The position numbers were made by a program, and so were the translations under genes. A DNA stretch of 64,000 bases from an uncultured delta proteobacterium (GTDB lineage Bacteria > Desulfobacterota > Binatia > UBA9968), in the NCBI GenBank assembly GCA_963745035.1, contig CAVUVW010000015.1, positions 224,001 to 288,000 on the forward strand, written 5' to 3'. Numbering within the stretch: the stretch's first letter is position 1; each line of letters opens with the position of its first letter. The notes below the pieces were generated by a model. That model was not told the origin of the DNA and searched no databases. It saw nothing but the letters and a program-made list of their open reading frames with translations. Of this stretch, positions 63,613 to 64,000 are shown piece by piece.

Positions 63613-64000
63613 TCATCTGCGAGCAAGATTCTTAATAAACCCTGAGGTCTCCAGTTCTTTCACAAGCGAGTTGTCGATGTACTTTTCCGGCGTGACGTCT
63701 TTCACTTGCTCTTTGGGCAAGAAGTCGAGAATCGCCTGCACGGCGTCCGTCCGCACGTAGGGAACCTCCTCCCAGACATTGGCGAATGATCGGTAGGCAC
63801 CGCGCGCAACGTCCGGCGATATGCGGAGGTGCTTCACCAATGAGGCGATAACTAGGTCCGGTTTTTCGCGCGCGAGCTTCATCGCCTCGACAAACGCCTT
63901 CATGAAGCTCAGCACTAGCGGCCGCTCCTTTTGAAGATAGCCGCGGCCGACGATGATTGCGCCCTGCAGGAAAGGAATTCGTTGGGTTGCCAAGTCGACC
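63613..64000 (-). CDS. C-terminal part of an NMT1-like ABC substrate-binding protein (5' end outside the window)
   Basis: YIDNSLVKELETSGFIKNL, like the end of the 40091 protein. Confidence 0.75.
   Translation of the reverse strand, partial: VDLATQRIPFLQGAIIVGRGYLQKERPLVLSFMKAFVEAMKLAREKPDLVIASLVKHLRISPDVARGAYRSFANVWEEVPYVRTDAVQAILDFLPKEQVKDVTPEKYIDNSLVKELETSGFIKNLARR

Overview
This is a gene-dense, GC-rich bacterial chromosomal window. Its many NMT1/TauA-like and Bug/TctC binding proteins, UbiD, LLM and amidohydrolase genes suggest a Candidatus Binatia/Deltaproteobacteria-like genome (inference). Housekeeping genes include amgK/murU-like, a split nitrilase+nadE NAD synthetase, rsmI, acyP, ligA, bamD, fabI and a PduO-type adenosyltransferase. 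There is also a TolC-MFP-RND-MFP efflux cluster and large catabolic blocks: a Mo-hydroxylase trio, two UbiD decarboxylases, LLM monooxygenases, NitT/TauT ABC systems, amidohydrolases, an extradiol dioxygenase fusion, a ThDP enzyme, class II aldolases and an ICL/PEP-mutase protein. Three things are missed by the ORF track. (1) A 74-aa glutaredoxin-like double selenoprotein at 8565-8789 (-) has two in-frame TGA codons, each followed by a SECIS-like hairpin. (2) About 20 intergenic palindromic elements of at least 8 sequence classes occur (7-, 8- and 9-mer tandem arrays facing their reverse complement, plus several REP-like classes), and some have been absorbed into coding sequence. (3) About 15 genes are broken, mostly by single extra bases, most likely long-read consensus errors. 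I recognised no rRNA, tRNA, CRISPR array, transposase or prophage gene.
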